The notes under the pieces are model-generated. The model was not told where the DNA came from and ran no database searches. It was given only the letters and a program-made list of their open reading frames with translations. Shown here one piece after another: positions 57,510 through 58,432 of a stretch of 58,432 nt of DNA (the stretch's first letter is position 1; every line of letters starts with the position of its first letter). The DNA is from an uncultured Bacilli bacterium (lineage in GTDB: Bacteria; Bacillota_I; Bacilli_A; RF39; UBA660), in contig CALVRZ010000002.1 of NCBI GenBank assembly GCA_944358875.1, positions 1-58,432 of the forward strand. The letters are read 5' to 3'. The translations under genes were made by a program, and so were the position numbers.

Positions 57510-57583
57510 AGGGGTGTGGTATAATGGTAGCATAACGGTCTCCAAAACCGCTGATGGGAGTTCGATTCTCTCCACCCCTGCCA
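57510..57583 (+). tRNA. trnW: tRNA-Trp (anticodon CCA)
   Basis: The acceptor stem pairs AGGGGTG with CACCCCT. The anticodon loop is CTCCAAA and the T-arm is GGAGTTCGATTCTCC. The 3' CCA is encoded. Confidence 0.9.
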
Positions 57584-57593
57584 ATATGAAATC

Positions 57594-57617
57594 AACTCCA
57601 ACTTGTTGGAGTTTTTT
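57594..57617 (+). terminator. Rho-independent terminator after tRNA-Trp
   Basis: AACTCCAA-CTTG-TTGGAGTT is followed by a T-run. Confidence 0.8.
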
Positions 57618-57717
57618 ATACCATAAGAACTTAACAAAATAATTTTTTTTAACTAAAATATATTGACAAACATATGTTTATATGTTATTTTTTAATTGCA
57701 AGCGAGGTGATATTCAA

Positions 57718-58432
57718 TGAAAATTTATAAAGCTTATAAATTCAGATTATATCCTAATGAAAAACAAAGAATCTTAATTCATAAGACTTTTGGAAGTGTA
57801 AGATTAGTTTATAACAATTACCTTGCTAAACAACAAAAAGAGGGAATAAAAAAAGCATTCACTAATTGTAATGATTTAAAATACTTGATAGAAGAAAAAC
57901 CTTTCTTAAAAGAAGTAGATAGTTGTGCATTAAGATGTGCTATTTTTAACTTAGAAGATGCTAATAATAACTACTTAGCTAAAAGAAGTAATTATCCTGT
58001 CTTTAAAAGTAAGTATGCTAAACAAAGTTACCGAACTAATTGTATAACAAGAATTTACAAAGATAAAACATATAGTAATATCGAAATAGATTTAATTAAT
58101 AGAAAGATAAAATTACCTAAATTAGGGTTAGTGGATATAAGAGGCTATCGTAATAAAAAAGAAATAAAGGGTAGAATAATAAATGCAACAATAACTAAAG
58201 AAACAACAGGTAAGTACTATGTTAGTGTTATTGTAGAAGAAGATATTATACCTAATGATAAAGTAGAAGCAACTAGTATCGTAGGAATAGATTTAGGGGT
58301 TAAAGATTTAATAACAACCAGTGATGGTGAAAAATATGATAATGAGAAATACATAATCAAATATGAAAAAAGATTAAAAGAATTACAAAGAAAGTTATCT
58401 AGACAAGAAAAAGGAAGCAAAAATTATTACAA
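57718..58432 (+). CDS. tnpB: IS200/IS605-family TnpB (OrfB_IS605, RNA-guided nuclease type), 3'-partial at the window edge
   Basis: It starts MKIYKAYKFRLYPNEKQRILIHKTFGSVRLVYN. The RuvC-I motif is VGIDLGVKDL. GAGGTGA RBS precedes the start. The ORF track missed it because no stop falls inside the window. Confidence 0.88.

Noticed and set aside
659-58420. Many 60-110-aa ORFs from the six-frame track lie antisense to, or out of frame within, well-supported genes. Examples: 659..949-, 4066..4320-, 7754..8005-, 9355..9591-, 11526..11756+, 12877..13203-, 14385..14585-, 16258..16566-, 20093..20284-, 20288..20524-, 22448..22744-, 22812..23108-, 23743..23943-, 24974..25222-, 30114..30305-, 38823..39047-, 40502..40684-, 41862..42053-, 42685..42930-, 47546..47773+, 53958..54167-, 55655..55876-, 58217..58420-.
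   Set aside because: They fully overlap genes with clear family motifs. They have low-complexity I/L/F/S/N-rich translations typical of the antisense of AT-rich coding DNA, and they lack an RBS. They are treated as non-coding.

Overview
This is a low-GC (roughly 30% GC by eye) Firmicutes-type chromosomal segment, possibly from an Erysipelotrichia- or Clostridia-like anaerobe. It uses the standard bacterial code, since TGA is used as a stop. All calls rest on motif recognition and reading the sequence; no searches were run.

From left to right the window contains:
- An AbiEi/AbiEii pair.
- A decayed NMT1/SsuA-type ABC operon. Its binding-protein gene is split by a 3.2-kb serine-recombinase element carrying a HipA-like kinase.
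- An amino-acid ABC importer and the arginine deiminase pathway (arcA, arcB, arcC and a YfcC-type carrier).
- A P-type cation ATPase.
- An unannotated type I toxin-antitoxin-like locus with a tandemly duplicated sRNA unit.
- pcrA.
- A secreted lectin-like protein with a C-rich, A-depleted 3' patch.
- A VanY-type peptidase.
- A 3-gene cassette bounded by 41-bp direct repeats.
- An NrtR-like Nudix regulator operon with perfect palindromic operators.
- Phosphoketolase, hsp20 with a CIRCE-like operator, and desulfoferrodoxin.
- A five-gene cluster of uncharacterised paralogous proteins.
- A defence island: Abi_2, a GmrSD-like DUF262/DUF1524 enzyme, an IS200 copy, a type I R-M operon with two unknown genes nested between hsdS and hsdR, and a PIN plus HTH-ImmA/IrrE pair.
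- A LysM amidase and duplicated PRiA4_ORF3-like genes.
- A frameshifted NrdG-like gene.
- A leader-peptide attenuator in front of M20 peptidase and GNAT genes.
- A SleB-like hydrolase, tRNA-Trp and a partial TnpB.

The best candidates for something new are:
1. The two-gene membrane/soluble module translationally coupled inside the type I R-M operon.
2. The NrtR-controlled operon (unknown protein, histidine phosphatase, P-loop/CYTH-like protein).
3. The uncharacterised 33-37 kb cluster and its paralogues at 50.8-54.2 kb.
4. The mini serine-recombinase/HipA element.
5. The type I TA-like locus.
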